In this document: positions 29,863 to 42,134 of the stretch, piece after piece | Layout: each line of letters begins with the position of its first letter | How positions within the stretch are numbered: position 1 is the stretch's first letter | Source of the DNA: an uncultured delta proteobacterium | GTDB taxonomy: Bacteria > Myxococcota > Myxococcia > Myxococcales > Myxococcaceae | DNA: 64,000 bases | Direction: 5' to 3' | NCBI GenBank assembly: GCA_963771175.1 | Contig: CAVYSY010000051.1 | Span: 64,001-128,000 of the forward strand | Made by a program: the position numbers and the translations under genes | The notes under the pieces: model-generated | What the model was told of the DNA's origin: nothing | Database searches by the model: none | Seen by the model: the letters and a program-made list of their open reading frames with translations, nothing else

Positions 29863-30558
29863 TCACATCAGGTAGGAGGACTCGAGCCCCATGTCCTGTG
29901 CCGACCCGTGGCCTTCCTGCCGGACCTCGCGATCGGTGTCCTTGCGAGAGCGGGTCTTGCGTGGACGCTTGCCGGCGAGCGTGGCGGGCTCGGGGGACAT
30001 GCCCTGGGTCTTGCGGCGTGCGGCCCGCAGCGCGTCCTTGCCCATGTCGAGCACGGCCGCCACGGCACCCGCCACCAGGTTGCCCGGCGGAGTATCGGGC
30101 GCGCGCGGGTGGGGCCTCGTGGGGGCGGCCCGCTTCGCCAGCATCAACGCCTCCGCCAGGTCCTTGAGCTCGCGCGGACTGAAGGTCTTGCGTACCTGGG
30201 GGAACAGCTCGCGCTCCTCCATGGAGACGTGGGTGCGGATGTTCTCCATCAGCACCTTCACCTTGGCGTCGAAGCGCTCCGCCTCCGGTGGCAGGTTCTC
30301 CAGCTCCTTCAATATCCACTTGGCCACATGGTGCTCCTCGAGTGCTTCGAGCACCTGCTCCTCCAGCGTCTCGGCCCTGGCGCGCACCGCCGGATAGAAG
30401 ACCTGCTCCTCGATGATCGCGTGCATGGCGAGCTCGAGCACCATCTGGTCCACCAGCCTGCGCTTGAGCTTCTTCGCGCTCTTTCCCGCCTGCTCGAACT
30501 TGCGGAAGAGCGTCTCCACGGTCTTGTGGTCCGCTTTCAAGAGCGCAATGGCATCCAT
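29863..30558 (-). CDS. Hemerythrin (HHE) domain protein
   Basis: LKADH, HAIIEEQVFYP, EEHH, HVSMEERELFP, APTRPHP. Confidence 0.88.
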   Translation of the reverse strand: MDAIALLKADHKTVETLFRKFEQAGKSAKKLKRRLVDQMVLELAMHAIIEEQVFYPAVRARAETLEEQVLEALEEHHVAKWILKELENLPPEAERFDAKVKVLMENIRTHVSMEERELFPQVRKTFSPRELKDLAEALMLAKRAAPTRPHPRAPDTPPGNLVAGAVAAVLDMGKDALRAARRKTQGMSPEPATLAGKRPRKTRSRKDTDREVRQEGHGSAQDMGLESSYLM

Positions 30559-30774
30559 TGAACGCCCTCCTTTCCCAGGAGGGCCAGCACCCGTCTGGCG
30601 TGGCCCGGTTCGCTCGAAAGGTTGGTGACGCTGAGTGCCTCGTGCCGCAGCCGTGCGAGAGCTCGGCCACGACAGCCTGGAGGGCATGCGGGCATGCTCT
30701 GGAAACGAAACGACCGGGAGTCCGAGCCGAAGAGGCCCGGATCCCGGTCGGGGGTTTCGCGGTTGCGAGGATGG

Positions 30775-33552
30775 CTAGTTGATGACCGGGGTGCAGGAGC
30801 AGCTGGTCATGTTGCACTTGGTGCCCGCGCCGCAGCTGTCGCCGCAGTTGGGCTTGCAGACGCACTGGTTGCCCGTGTCGTTGCAGCCGAGCGTCGCACC
30901 GGTGCAGTGATCCTCCTCGGTGGGGCTGTAGGCCGGGTCGTCCTTGCACGGGACGCCGCCATTGGGATCCTTCACCTCGTCGATCCAGTACTTGTACGAC
31001 ACGGCCACCTGGGTGTTGTTGGTGGACGGGCGGCAGGCGCCGAAGAGCGAGAGGGTGCGCGCGCTGCCGTCGAAGTCGAAGCCGTTGACGTTGCTGCGCG
31101 GCACGTTGCTCGCGGTGCAGGCCGACGGGTTGAGCACGCCGGCGAGGGCCACCTTGATGGAGGCGCCGATGGGCGGCTTGAGCGTCTTGTAACCCGCGTT
31201 GCCGATGGCATCGTCGATGATGGCATCCATCGAGGTCTGGATGGAGGCGGTGTCGATGATGGAGCCGAGCACGCCGCCCGTGACGTTGACCACCTGGGCA
31301 TGGCGAAGCTGCGCCACACCACCCACGGGCTGCGGGTTGTACTCGCGGCTGGTGTTGTTGACGTCGCAGGGCTTCGTGGTGTCGGTGCAACCGCAGTACC
31401 GGCCGGACGGGCACACGATGCCGTGCACGGTGATCTGCTTGCCCGTCTTGTTGCTGGGGGGCGGGAACTCGGAGCGGGTGCCGAAGAACTGCTTGAAGGT
31501 GTTGATGCCCTCGCAGCTGGTCCCAGCCACATCCTTGCTGCCCGTCGAACCGCAGTTGCCAGTGGTCGTGGTGTAGCCGGTGGTCTGATCGTCCGCGTCT
31601 CCGAGCAGCACGACCACGAGGGTGGCGTCCTGGCGCGCCTGGGTGTCGGACTCGGTGCCGCCCGGGGCGGTGCCCGGCGTCATGTCGTCGATGGACTTGC
31701 GGGCCGCGCCGAGCAGGCCCTCGGCGCCGGCGCCATTGGTGCCCAACCAGCAGCCGCCGTTGACGCCCTCGGACTTGTCGCTGGGACAGGTCGCGGTATC
31801 GGGCGCGGCGGGGATGCTGCACACCTTGGTGGTGGCGTTGCACGTGCTTCCATCGGAGAGCCAGGCCCTCACCTTGTTCACGTTGCGGGTGAAGCGCCGC
31901 AGCCGGCTGATGTTGTTGCTCTTGGTGTCGTCCGCGACTCCCAGGTGGTAGCTCGACGTGACCAGCGCCATGCGCCAGTCGAGCGACGAGGCATTGAGCG
32001 CGTTGGCCGCGGACTGGGCGGTGGCGGCCAGCGCCGTCTGCGAGGTCGCCATCGAGCCGCTGTCGTCCACGACGAAGAGGAAGTCCACCTTCGGCGAGTT
32101 GAGCGTGAAGCTCTCGCACTGCACTCCCGTGGCCTCGCCGAACTGGGCGAGCGCGGAGCCATCCGAGAGATCCTTCACGGAGAAGGCCGCCGGCGTGCCG
32201 CGGTTGGCCCCCGTCACGTTCGCCAGGGGCGCCACCGCGATGAGCACCACGAGGCTCTGGGCCGAGCGGTGCACGAACACCGTCTGGAGCCGGAAGTCAC
32301 CCATCACACCCGCCGCCGTGCTGCTGAGTCGGCCCGTGCTGCCCGGCACCAGCGCGTCCACGAGCTGGTCGGTGCGACGCTTGAGGTCCGTGCTCGTACC
32401 GGCCTGATCATAGAAAGCCTGCACGGCCTGGAAGCCCTCCCAGGTCTTGAAGGTCTGGGCGGTGCGGTTGCGCAGGGTTCCCGTGCCGTTGATGGCGGGC
32501 TGCAGCGCTTCCTCGTCGCCGAGCGGGTCGGTGGCGCCCGCGGGCGGAGTGCTGCGGAAGGCAAGGAAGGCGACCTTCGTGGTGGTGTCGTAGCCCACCA
32601 GGCCCTTCACCTCGGTGCCCACCTTGATCTGGGTGATCTCGTCGAAGGAGGGGGGCAGCGCCAGCTTGATGTCCGCTCCGTCGGCCGACTGGAAGCTCAC
32701 CGGGCGCAGGTTCTCCGCGGTGCACACCTGGCCGACCGGGCCCGTCGTGTCGGTGCCGTTCTGGGGATCCAACTCACCGGCGTCCACGGTGCCATCCTGG
32801 TCGGTGTCCTCGGCGCCGTCCTCCACCCCATCACCGTCGGTATCCGAGTTGGTGGCGTCCGTGGTGGTGCTGGGGTTGGCGTCCGGGCGGAAGATGGTGC
32901 TGCAGTTCGCATCGTCCAGGTTGCTGGTGACGCCCCGCTCCACGCCGTCCGAGATGCCGTCGGCATCGGTATCGAAGCGGTGCGGGTCGGTCTCGGAAGA
33001 CTCCCGGGTACCGTTGGCGTTCTGGTCCTCGCCCTTGATGCTCCCCTGGTTCGGGCCGTCGAGCAGACCATCGCAGTCGGTGTCCCGGAGCAGCGGGTGG
33101 GTCTCGGTGTCGTCCACCTTGCCGTTGTGGTTGGTGTCCTCCACGCCGTCCTTCAGGCCGTCACCATCCGAGTCCGCCTTGACCGGGCTCGTCTTCAGCA
33201 CCTCGCTCGCGTCCGGGGGGAGGGTGCAGGAGGTTCCCGCAACCGGGGTGCTGACGCCCACCTCGAGACCGTCCGGGAGCCCGTCGCCGTCGGTGTCCGC
33301 CAGGCCGGGGTTCGTCTTCTGCCCGTCGTACGTCGACTCGAACTCGACCTTGTCGCTCAGGCCGTCGCAGTCGGTGTCCTTCGTGGCGTTGGCCGGGTCG
33401 TTGGGATCCGTGGGCAGCGGCGTGGGGCCTGGATCCGGCTGGCCGGTGCCCGGGTCGGGCGTGCCGGGGTTGGTCGGATCGGAGTTGCACGCGGACGCCG
33501 TCACCAGGCTCATCACGAGCAACGTGGCGCTGAACAGGTGTCGCAGATTCAT
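30775..33552 (-). CDS. cglD: CglD-like gliding lipoprotein (Ca-binding DxDxDG repeats, vWA/MIDAS, Cys-rich C-terminus)
   Basis: Lipobox ASAC; repeated DTDGDGLxDGxE; DFLFVVDDSGSM MIDAS; Cys-rich tail; orthology versus paralogy not established. Confidence 0.65.
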   Translation of the reverse strand: MNLRHLFSATLLVMSLVTASACNSDPTNPGTPDPGTGQPDPGPTPLPTDPNDPANATKDTDCDGLSDKVEFESTYDGQKTNPGLADTDGDGLPDGLEVGVSTPVAGTSCTLPPDASEVLKTSPVKADSDGDGLKDGVEDTNHNGKVDDTETHPLLRDTDCDGLLDGPNQGSIKGEDQNANGTRESSETDPHRFDTDADGISDGVERGVTSNLDDANCSTIFRPDANPSTTTDATNSDTDGDGVEDGAEDTDQDGTVDAGELDPQNGTDTTGPVGQVCTAENLRPVSFQSADGADIKLALPPSFDEITQIKVGTEVKGLVGYDTTTKVAFLAFRSTPPAGATDPLGDEEALQPAINGTGTLRNRTAQTFKTWEGFQAVQAFYDQAGTSTDLKRRTDQLVDALVPGSTGRLSSTAAGVMGDFRLQTVFVHRSAQSLVVLIAVAPLANVTGANRGTPAAFSVKDLSDGSALAQFGEATGVQCESFTLNSPKVDFLFVVDDSGSMATSQTALAATAQSAANALNASSLDWRMALVTSSYHLGVADDTKSNNISRLRRFTRNVNKVRAWLSDGSTCNATTKVCSIPAAPDTATCPSDKSEGVNGGCWLGTNGAGAEGLLGAARKSIDDMTPGTAPGGTESDTQARQDATLVVVLLGDADDQTTGYTTTTGNCGSTGSKDVAGTSCEGINTFKQFFGTRSEFPPPSNKTGKQITVHGIVCPSGRYCGCTDTTKPCDVNNTSREYNPQPVGGVAQLRHAQVVNVTGGVLGSIIDTASIQTSMDAIIDDAIGNAGYKTLKPPIGASIKVALAGVLNPSACTASNVPRSNVNGFDFDGSARTLSLFGACRPSTNNTQVAVSYKYWIDEVKDPNGGVPCKDDPAYSPTEEDHCTGATLGCNDTGNQCVCKPNCGDSCGAGTKCNMTSCSCTPVIN

Positions 33553-33818
33553 GAGGGCACTTTCTTCAGAGGGTGTTTCACATCTGTGAAGCCGTCCCCC
33601 CCCCACACGGCTGCCCGCGAATCATACGCCTTTGCCAGGCCTCATTTTCATGTTTCGCTATGCCTGGGATTTTACGACAGCCACCCGGCTGCTTCGTGAG
33701 GGCCCGAGCGAGCGTCTCGGCTCTCTCCCAGGCCCGTCTGTGATGAGGCTCTTCTCAGGAAATGAGAGGCATTGTCGCCCTATTGGAAAGTTCCAATGGG
33801 ACGAGCGAAGCATGTGGC

Positions 33819-35195
<1,377 letters not shown>

Positions 35196-35306
35196 GACTT
35201 CCTCCCGCCCTTGGGGCGCGCGAACCTATACCCCAAGCACGGGCCATGTGCCGTGACGCGCGTTGTTCGGTTCCCGATGGTGACGGAGTGCGTCACCCTT
35301 GGAACT

Positions 35307-35612
35307 CTAACGACCGGAGGCGGCCGAGGCGGCGAACTCCTCCGGCATGAGCGAGCCGAAGAAGGGCAGCTTCCAGCGCTCGCCACCCGGCTGCTCGGAC
35401 TTCGGCCGGGAGAGGGGGCGCAGGCTCAAGCCGACCAGGGACAGCACGCCCAGGGCGATGGCACCCGTGGCCACGTCGCGGAGCATGCGAGGCCAGAGCG
35501 CGCGGACTCCCCACAGGCCAACGGGGACGACATAGACGGGGATGGCGGCGAGGCCCGCGAGCACGAGCCAGCGCCGCTTGTCGGAAACAGCTGTCGAAAG
35601 AGAGGGAACCAT
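35307..35612 (-). CDS. Small hypothetical membrane protein
   Basis: Two hydrophobic helices, host-like codon usage. Confidence 0.4.
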   Translation of the reverse strand: MVPSLSTAVSDKRRWLVLAGLAAIPVYVVPVGLWGVRALWPRMLRDVATGAIALGVLSLVGLSLRPLSRPKSEQPGGERWKLPFFGSLMPEEFAASAASGR

Positions 35613-35725
35613 GGTTGCCCTATACGGTGAGAGCGCCTGGGGCCATGGGAAAGGGTCTCTCCGGGGGCAGTTGCACGGAGAGTCGTAGGACGGACAAGCC
35701 GCCCTGGAGGGCGAGGGGCCGGGAA

Positions 35726-36403
35726 TCAGTGGCCTTGCTCGTTTCCGAGCCACTCCTGACGACGCTGGTCCTGGGTGCTCTTGCGCGAGAGCGCGTCCTC
35801 GCGCTGCCGGGGAAGCTCCGCCAGGCGGGTGCGGTGCATCTGGATGCTCAGTTCGTACAGGCCCCGCTCCTGCTCGGGAAGCTGGGGTCCGTACTCCTGG
35901 AGCACCAGGCTCGCGAACGCGATGAAGTCTTCCGAGACGCGGCGGCGGTGGTCGTAATACCGGTGGATCTCCTCCTCGGAGGCCGTGTTCGACAGCACCT
36001 TGCCGTAGAGCTCGTTCCATCGCTGGCCCTCCTCGGCGCGCTGCTGGAGCACGCGCGGATCCTTCGTCGGAACGCCGAGCTCCCAGTAGAGGTTGTCGGG
36101 CAGCCGCTCGCGCAGCCGGGCCAGGTCCACCGGGTGTTTGCCCGGGGCCTGCGTGGCGGGCGGGGTGTCGGAGCCCGGTTCGGGTGGGACACCGGCATCG
36201 AGGCCAATGGCGATGGCGGTGCCAGGAGACAGGCGGCTCGGGGGTGCGTCCCCGAGGGGGGCCGCGCTCTTCGCCTCGCGCACGGCTCCGTCTGGCGGGG
36301 TGCGCTCGCTACCGGAGTGCATGACGAGCCACGCGGTGAGCAGTGCGACGGCGGCACCCGCGGCGATCCAGGGAAGAACCTTCGACCGGTGATTCGCGCC
36401 CAT
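35726..36403 (-). CDS. Hypothetical membrane-anchored helical protein
   Basis: N-terminal TM, Pro/Ala linker, helical C-terminal domain (LPDNLYW...); divergent from the esterase gene. Confidence 0.65.
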   Translation of the reverse strand: MGANHRSKVLPWIAAGAAVALLTAWLVMHSGSERTPPDGAVREAKSAAPLGDAPPSRLSPGTAIAIGLDAGVPPEPGSDTPPATQAPGKHPVDLARLRERLPDNLYWELGVPTKDPRVLQQRAEEGQRWNELYGKVLSNTASEEEIHRYYDHRRRVSEDFIAFASLVLQEYGPQLPEQERGLYELSIQMHRTRLAELPRQREDALSRKSTQDQRRQEWLGNEQGH

Positions 36404-36544
36404 GTCCCCCGAGATACCCGTGCCGCGCGGACTCCGCAACCCGAGGAAGCGCGGATTACAAGGAGGAGTGGGGTATGATGAGATTTCACGGATAGTGTGA
36501 TATGGGCAGGATTTCCATCCACAACCCCCGCTGGAGGAAATCGA

Positions 36545-37858
<1,314 letters not shown>

Positions 37859-37961
37859 GGCAGCATGCGGTTGGCCGCCCCCCTGGAGGCAGGCCATGGG
37901 GTCCTGCCGTGTTGCCTTTGGCGCGCGGCATCCCCACGGGTACGAGACGGGGGGAAGGGCC

Positions 37962-38615
37962 ATGAGGGTCATCGTCTTTGGTGCGACGGGCGGAACGGGC
38001 CGTGCCACGGTGCGGGAGCTGCTGGACGGCGGCCACGAGGTGACGGCGTTCTCGCGGCATTCGGATCAGCTCGACATCTCATCGGAGCGGCTGCACCTGT
38101 GGCGCGGGGACGTGCTGCGCGCCGAGGATGTGGAGCGCGCGGTGTCCGGACAGGACGCGGTGGTGGTGTCTCTCGGGGTGAACGACAACCCGCTGAAGGT
38201 GCGGTTGCTCCACCGGTCGAGCACGCCCGTCAACGTCTGCTCCGAGGGCACCCGACACATCATCGACGCGATGAAGCGGCACGGACTGCGCAGGCTCGTG
38301 GTGGTCTCGGCCTACGGAGTGGGGGAGACGCGCGAGAGGTTGCCCTGGCCCTGGAAGGTGGCCTACCGACTGCTGCTCAAGGAGCAGATGGCCGACAAGG
38401 AGCGTCAGGAGGTGATGGTGCGCAGCAGCGGGCTCGACTGGGTCATCGTCCAGCCGGTGGGGCTCACCGACATGCGACCGAAGGACGAGGTGCTGGCCTC
38501 CGCCGATGGGCAGGTGCGTCACGCCACCATCCCTCGCCGCAACGTGGGGCGCTTCCTGGCCAACGCCGTGACGGGCGACCGGTTCCTCCACCGCTCGGTT
38601 GCCTTGTCGGGTTGA
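37962..38615 (+). CDS. NAD(P)-binding oxidoreductase (flavin reductase/BVR-B-like)
   Basis: VFGATGGTG, SGLDWVIVQP. Confidence 0.85.
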   Translation: MRVIVFGATGGTGRATVRELLDGGHEVTAFSRHSDQLDISSERLHLWRGDVLRAEDVERAVSGQDAVVVSLGVNDNPLKVRLLHRSSTPVNVCSEGTRHIIDAMKRHGLRRLVVVSAYGVGETRERLPWPWKVAYRLLLKEQMADKERQEVMVRSSGLDWVIVQPVGLTDMRPKDEVLASADGQVRHATIPRRNVGRFLANAVTGDRFLHRSVALSG

Positions 38616-38620
38616 GCGGC

Positions 38621-38962
38621 CTACCTCCCGTAGGTCCCGCTCCGGACGTCGACGAGCTTGCCGTTCTCGAACACCACCACCTGCATCAGTCGCTGGGGAC
38701 CGTAGTTGTACGTCCACTCGTCGATGGTCTTCTGGATGACCTGCTCGGTGGTGACGTCGGTCTGCGTCCCCTTGTACTTCTGCTTCACTCCCTCGTACTC
38801 GGTGCGGGTCTCCTTGAACATCGGCTCGCCACACTTGAGGAGGACGTCGACCTTGGAGGCTCCATCCGAGATGAGGTCGCTACCGCAGCGGAGCGAGGCC
38901 GCGTCACCACGGGTCGGGAGGAAGAGCAGCGAGAGGGCCAGGGGCGCGAGCCATGCGCGCAT
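38621..38962 (-). CDS. DUF2845 domain secreted protein
   Basis: Signal peptide; SLRCGSDLI..G..KVDVLLKCGEP, EWTYNYGP. Confidence 0.8.
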   Translation of the reverse strand: MRAWLAPLALSLLFLPTRGDAASLRCGSDLISDGASKVDVLLKCGEPMFKETRTEYEGVKQKYKGTQTDVTTEQVIQKTIDEWTYNYGPQRLMQVVVFENGKLVDVRSGTYGR

Positions 38963-39096
38963 CGGACATGCTCCTTCGTGGTCAGGGTTCGGGATGAGCG
39001 AGCCCCTGACGAAATAACCGCGAGAGAAATTCAACGCTTCTTTACCCGAAGGGCCGAGCTTGCCTGGACTCGCTCCCTCTGCGACGGTGCGCCGCC

Positions 39097-39594
39097 ATGA
39101 CGACACGACCGTTTCGCATCCTGGGCCTCCAGCAGGTGGCCATCGGCGGGGCCGACAAGGGGCCCCTGCGCAAGCTGTGGGTCGATCTGCTGGGCCTCGA
39201 GCCCCACGGCACCTACCGCAGCGAGCGCGAGAACGTCGACGAGGACATCGTCGTGGCCGGAGCCGGGCCGTTTCGCGTGGAGGTGGACCTGATGCAGCCG
39301 GTGGACCCCAATGGGAAGCCGCGCGTGCATGACCCCGCGCTCAACCACCTGGGTCTGTGGGTGGACGACCTGAGCACCGCGGTGAGCTGGTTGGAAGGGC
39401 AGGGCGTGCGCTTCGCTCCCGGCGGCATCCGCAAGGGCGCGGCGGGCTTCGATGTGACGTTCATCCATCCGAAGGGGAACGAGCAGTTCCCACTCGGGGG
39501 CGAGGGCGTGCTGATCGAGCTGGTGCAGGCCCCGCCCGAGGTCATCTCCGCCTTCGACGCGTTCGCGAAGGCCGCCAGCGCTCACACGCCGTAG
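39097..39594 (+). CDS. VOC family protein (methylmalonyl-CoA epimerase-like)
   Basis: [38 protein letters not shown]. Confidence 0.85.
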   Translation: MTTRPFRILGLQQVAIGGADKGPLRKLWVDLLGLEPHGTYRSERENVDEDIVVAGAGPFRVEVDLMQPVDPNGKPRVHDPALNHLGLWVDDLSTAVSWLEGQGVRFAPGGIRKGAAGFDVTFIHPKGNEQFPLGGEGVLIELVQAPPEVISAFDAFAKAASAHTP

Positions 39595-40976
39595 GCCTCC
39601 AGCAGCCGGAGCCACACCTCGCTGACGGAGGGGAAGGCCGGCACGGCGTGCCAGAGGGTGTCGAGCGTCACCTCGCCGGCCACCGCGATGGTGGCCGCGT
39701 GCAGCAGCTCGCCTACCTCGGGGCCCACGAAGGTGGCGCCGAGGAGGACGCGCCGCTGCTCGTCCACCACGAGCTTCACGCCTCCCTCGAAGCCCTGTCC
39801 CAGCAGGGCCGTGCCCGCCACCGAGTCCAGGCCCACCTGCACCGTGCGCACCGGGAGGCCCCGCTGATGGGCCTCGGCTTCGGAGAGGCCCACCGAGGCC
39901 ACCTGCGGGTGGGTGAAGAGCACCTGGGGCGTCGCCCGCGCGTCCGCCCAGGCCTGCACCTGTCGGCCCAGGATGTTGTCGCCCGCGAGCCGGCCCTGGT
40001 ACTTGCCCATGTGCGTGAGGAGGTTGCGCCCGTTCACATCTCCGCACGCGTACAGCCAGCCGCCGTCCACGCCCCGGGCGCGCAGCAGGTCGTCCACCTC
40101 CACCGGGCGGCCCGGTGTCAGTCCCACCGTCTCCAGCCCCACGTCGTCCGTCCGGGCGATGCGGCCCGTCGCCACCAGCAGCTCGTCCGCGCGCAATGTG
40201 TCCCCGGTGTCGAGCTCCACCGTCACCTCGCCCCGGCCGCCGGGGCGGTGGACGCGTGTCACCTGGGTGCTCGTGCGTACCGTGATACCGCTCTCGCGCA
40301 GGGCCTTCTCCACCAGCTCGCGGGCGAAGGGCTCCACGCGCTTGAGGATGTGCTCGCCTCGCTCCACCAGCGTCACCTCCTCCGCGCCCAGCGCTCGCCA
40401 GGCCTGGCTCAGCTCTGTCGCCACCGCGCCGCCGCCCATCACCACCAGCCGTCGGGGAACGTCCTTGGCTCCGGTGCCCTCGCGGTTCGTCCACGGCCTC
40501 GCCTCGCGCAGCCCGGGGAGGTCAGGGATGCGCGGGCGGCTGCCCGTGGCCAGCACCACCGCTCGGCGCGCCGATAGCTTGCGCGTGCCTCCGTCCTTGA
40601 GCGTCACCCCTACAGCGCACGGGCCCGTGAGCCGGCCGTGCCCGCGCACCACCTCCAGCTTCGCGCCGCGCGCCCACTCCGCCTGGGCGCGGTCGTCGTA
40701 GCCGCCGACCAGCTCGTCCCGGCGCGCGAGCACCTCGGAGGCATCGAGTGGCCCCTTCACCGCCTCGCGGACACCGGGCGAGTGCCGGGCCAGCCAGAGC
40801 ACCTCTGGAGGCCGCAGCAGCGCCTTGCTGGGGATGCAGGCCCAATAGGAGCACTCGCCACCGAGCAGCTCCGCCTCCACCAGGGCCACCGACAGTCCCC
40901 CCGAGGCGGCCCGCTCCGCCGCGTTCTCCCCGGTGGGGCCTCCGCCGATGACCACCACATCGAAAGCGTCCGCCAT
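39582..40976 (-). CDS. Pyridine nucleotide-disulfide oxidoreductase (dihydrolipoyl dehydrogenase family)
   Basis: GGGPTG, redox motif [33 protein letters not shown]. Confidence 0.9.
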   Translation of the reverse strand: MADAFDVVVIGGGPTGENAAERAASGGLSVALVEAELLGGECSYWACIPSKALLRPPEVLWLARHSPGVREAVKGPLDASEVLARRDELVGGYDDRAQAEWARGAKLEVVRGHGRLTGPCAVGVTLKDGGTRKLSARRAVVLATGSRPRIPDLPGLREARPWTNREGTGAKDVPRRLVVMGGGAVATELSQAWRALGAEEVTLVERGEHILKRVEPFARELVEKALRESGITVRTSTQVTRVHRPGGRGEVTVELDTGDTLRADELLVATGRIARTDDVGLETVGLTPGRPVEVDDLLRARGVDGGWLYACGDVNGRNLLTHMGKYQGRLAGDNILGRQVQAWADARATPQVLFTHPQVASVGLSEAEAHQRGLPVRTVQVGLDSVAGTALLGQGFEGGVKLVVDEQRRVLLGATFVGPEVGELLHAATIAVAGEVTLDTLWHAVPAFPSVSEVWLRLLEAYGV

Positions 40977-41096
40977 CCACCATCTCCGCGTGTCGAGTAC
41001 CCGCAAGGAGTAGGGACTCGCGGTCGGCGGCGCCATGCGGCGCGAGGCGGAGTGTTCATCCAACAGACATCACTTCGCCATCCAGCGTGCTCGGGC

Positions 41097-42065
41097 TCAG
41101 GCCTTGTCGAGAACACCGTTCCGGTAGTCGTCGATGGCTTGCTGGATCTCCTCCCGGGTGTTCATGACGAAGGGGCCGTGCTGGATGATGGGCTCCCGGA
41201 GCGGCCTGGCCGCGGCGACGAGCACCGCGCTGCGCTGGTTCGTCGCGCGAAGGCGGAGCCGCTTGCCGGGGCTGAAGAGGGCGAGCTCGCCCGCGCGCAC
41301 CTTCTTCGTCTTCGCCTCCGGACCCAGGTCGACCTCGCCGCTGTAGACGAACGCGAACGCCGTGTGCTCGCCCGGCAATTCGAGCTCGAACGGCTGGTCA
41401 TCCTCCAGCGTCAGGGTCAACAGGGTCGGCTGTGTCGGGCGCTCGCGCACGGGACCCGCGAGATCGTTCGGCCTGCCAGCGATGACTCGCATCGTGCTCC
41501 CCGCCGACGAGAGCTTCGACTCGGCGAGTCGCTCCGGCCCGAGATCCTGGTAGTAGGCGGGGCACATCTTTTCCTTCGCCGGAAGGTTGATCCAGAGCTG
41601 GAAGCCAGACATCAGCCCCGCTTCCTGCTCTGGCATCTCGGAGTGGATGATGCCGCGTCCCGCCGTCATCCACTGCGAGCCGCCCCCCCGGATGAGCCCC
41701 GAGTTCCCCCGGCTGTCGCGATGCCGCATGTAGCCGTCGAGCATCACCGTCACGGTCTCGAACCCACGGTGCGGATGGGACGGGAAGCCGGCGATGTACG
41801 CGTTCGGGTCGTCCGTGTGGAAGCGGTCGAGCATCAAGAACGGATCGAGGTTCCGCAGCGCGGGCTGGCCGATGACGCGCGTCAGTTGCACGCCAGCGCC
41901 GTCCTTCGTCGGGATGCCAGGCAGTGTCCGCAACACGGTCCGGTCGGACGTGGGGATGTACGCGGGAGCCAGTGTCGCGGACTCGGTTCCGGAGCGGCAT
42001 CCCGCCGCCACGGCCACCGTCGCCAACATCGAGTCAATGAGGAATCGCCGGCGCGTCGTTCTCAT
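41097..42065 (-). CDS. Pirin family protein with Tat/lipoprotein signal
   Basis: DPFLMLD, HPHRGFETVT, QWMTAGRGIIHSE, GPFVMNT; N-terminus TRRRFL...VAAGC. Confidence 0.88.
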   Translation of the reverse strand: MRTTRRRFLIDSMLATVAVAAGCRSGTESATLAPAYIPTSDRTVLRTLPGIPTKDGAGVQLTRVIGQPALRNLDPFLMLDRFHTDDPNAYIAGFPSHPHRGFETVTVMLDGYMRHRDSRGNSGLIRGGGSQWMTAGRGIIHSEMPEQEAGLMSGFQLWINLPAKEKMCPAYYQDLGPERLAESKLSSAGSTMRVIAGRPNDLAGPVRERPTQPTLLTLTLEDDQPFELELPGEHTAFAFVYSGEVDLGPEAKTKKVRAGELALFSPGKRLRLRATNQRSAVLVAAARPLREPIIQHGPFVMNTREEIQQAIDDYRNGVLDKA

Positions 42066-42134
42066 GGGCGAGGGGATGATAGCTGAACCCGGCACTCCGC
42101 GCCCCCTGCTCGGCCGCACGGGCGCGAGCGTGTA

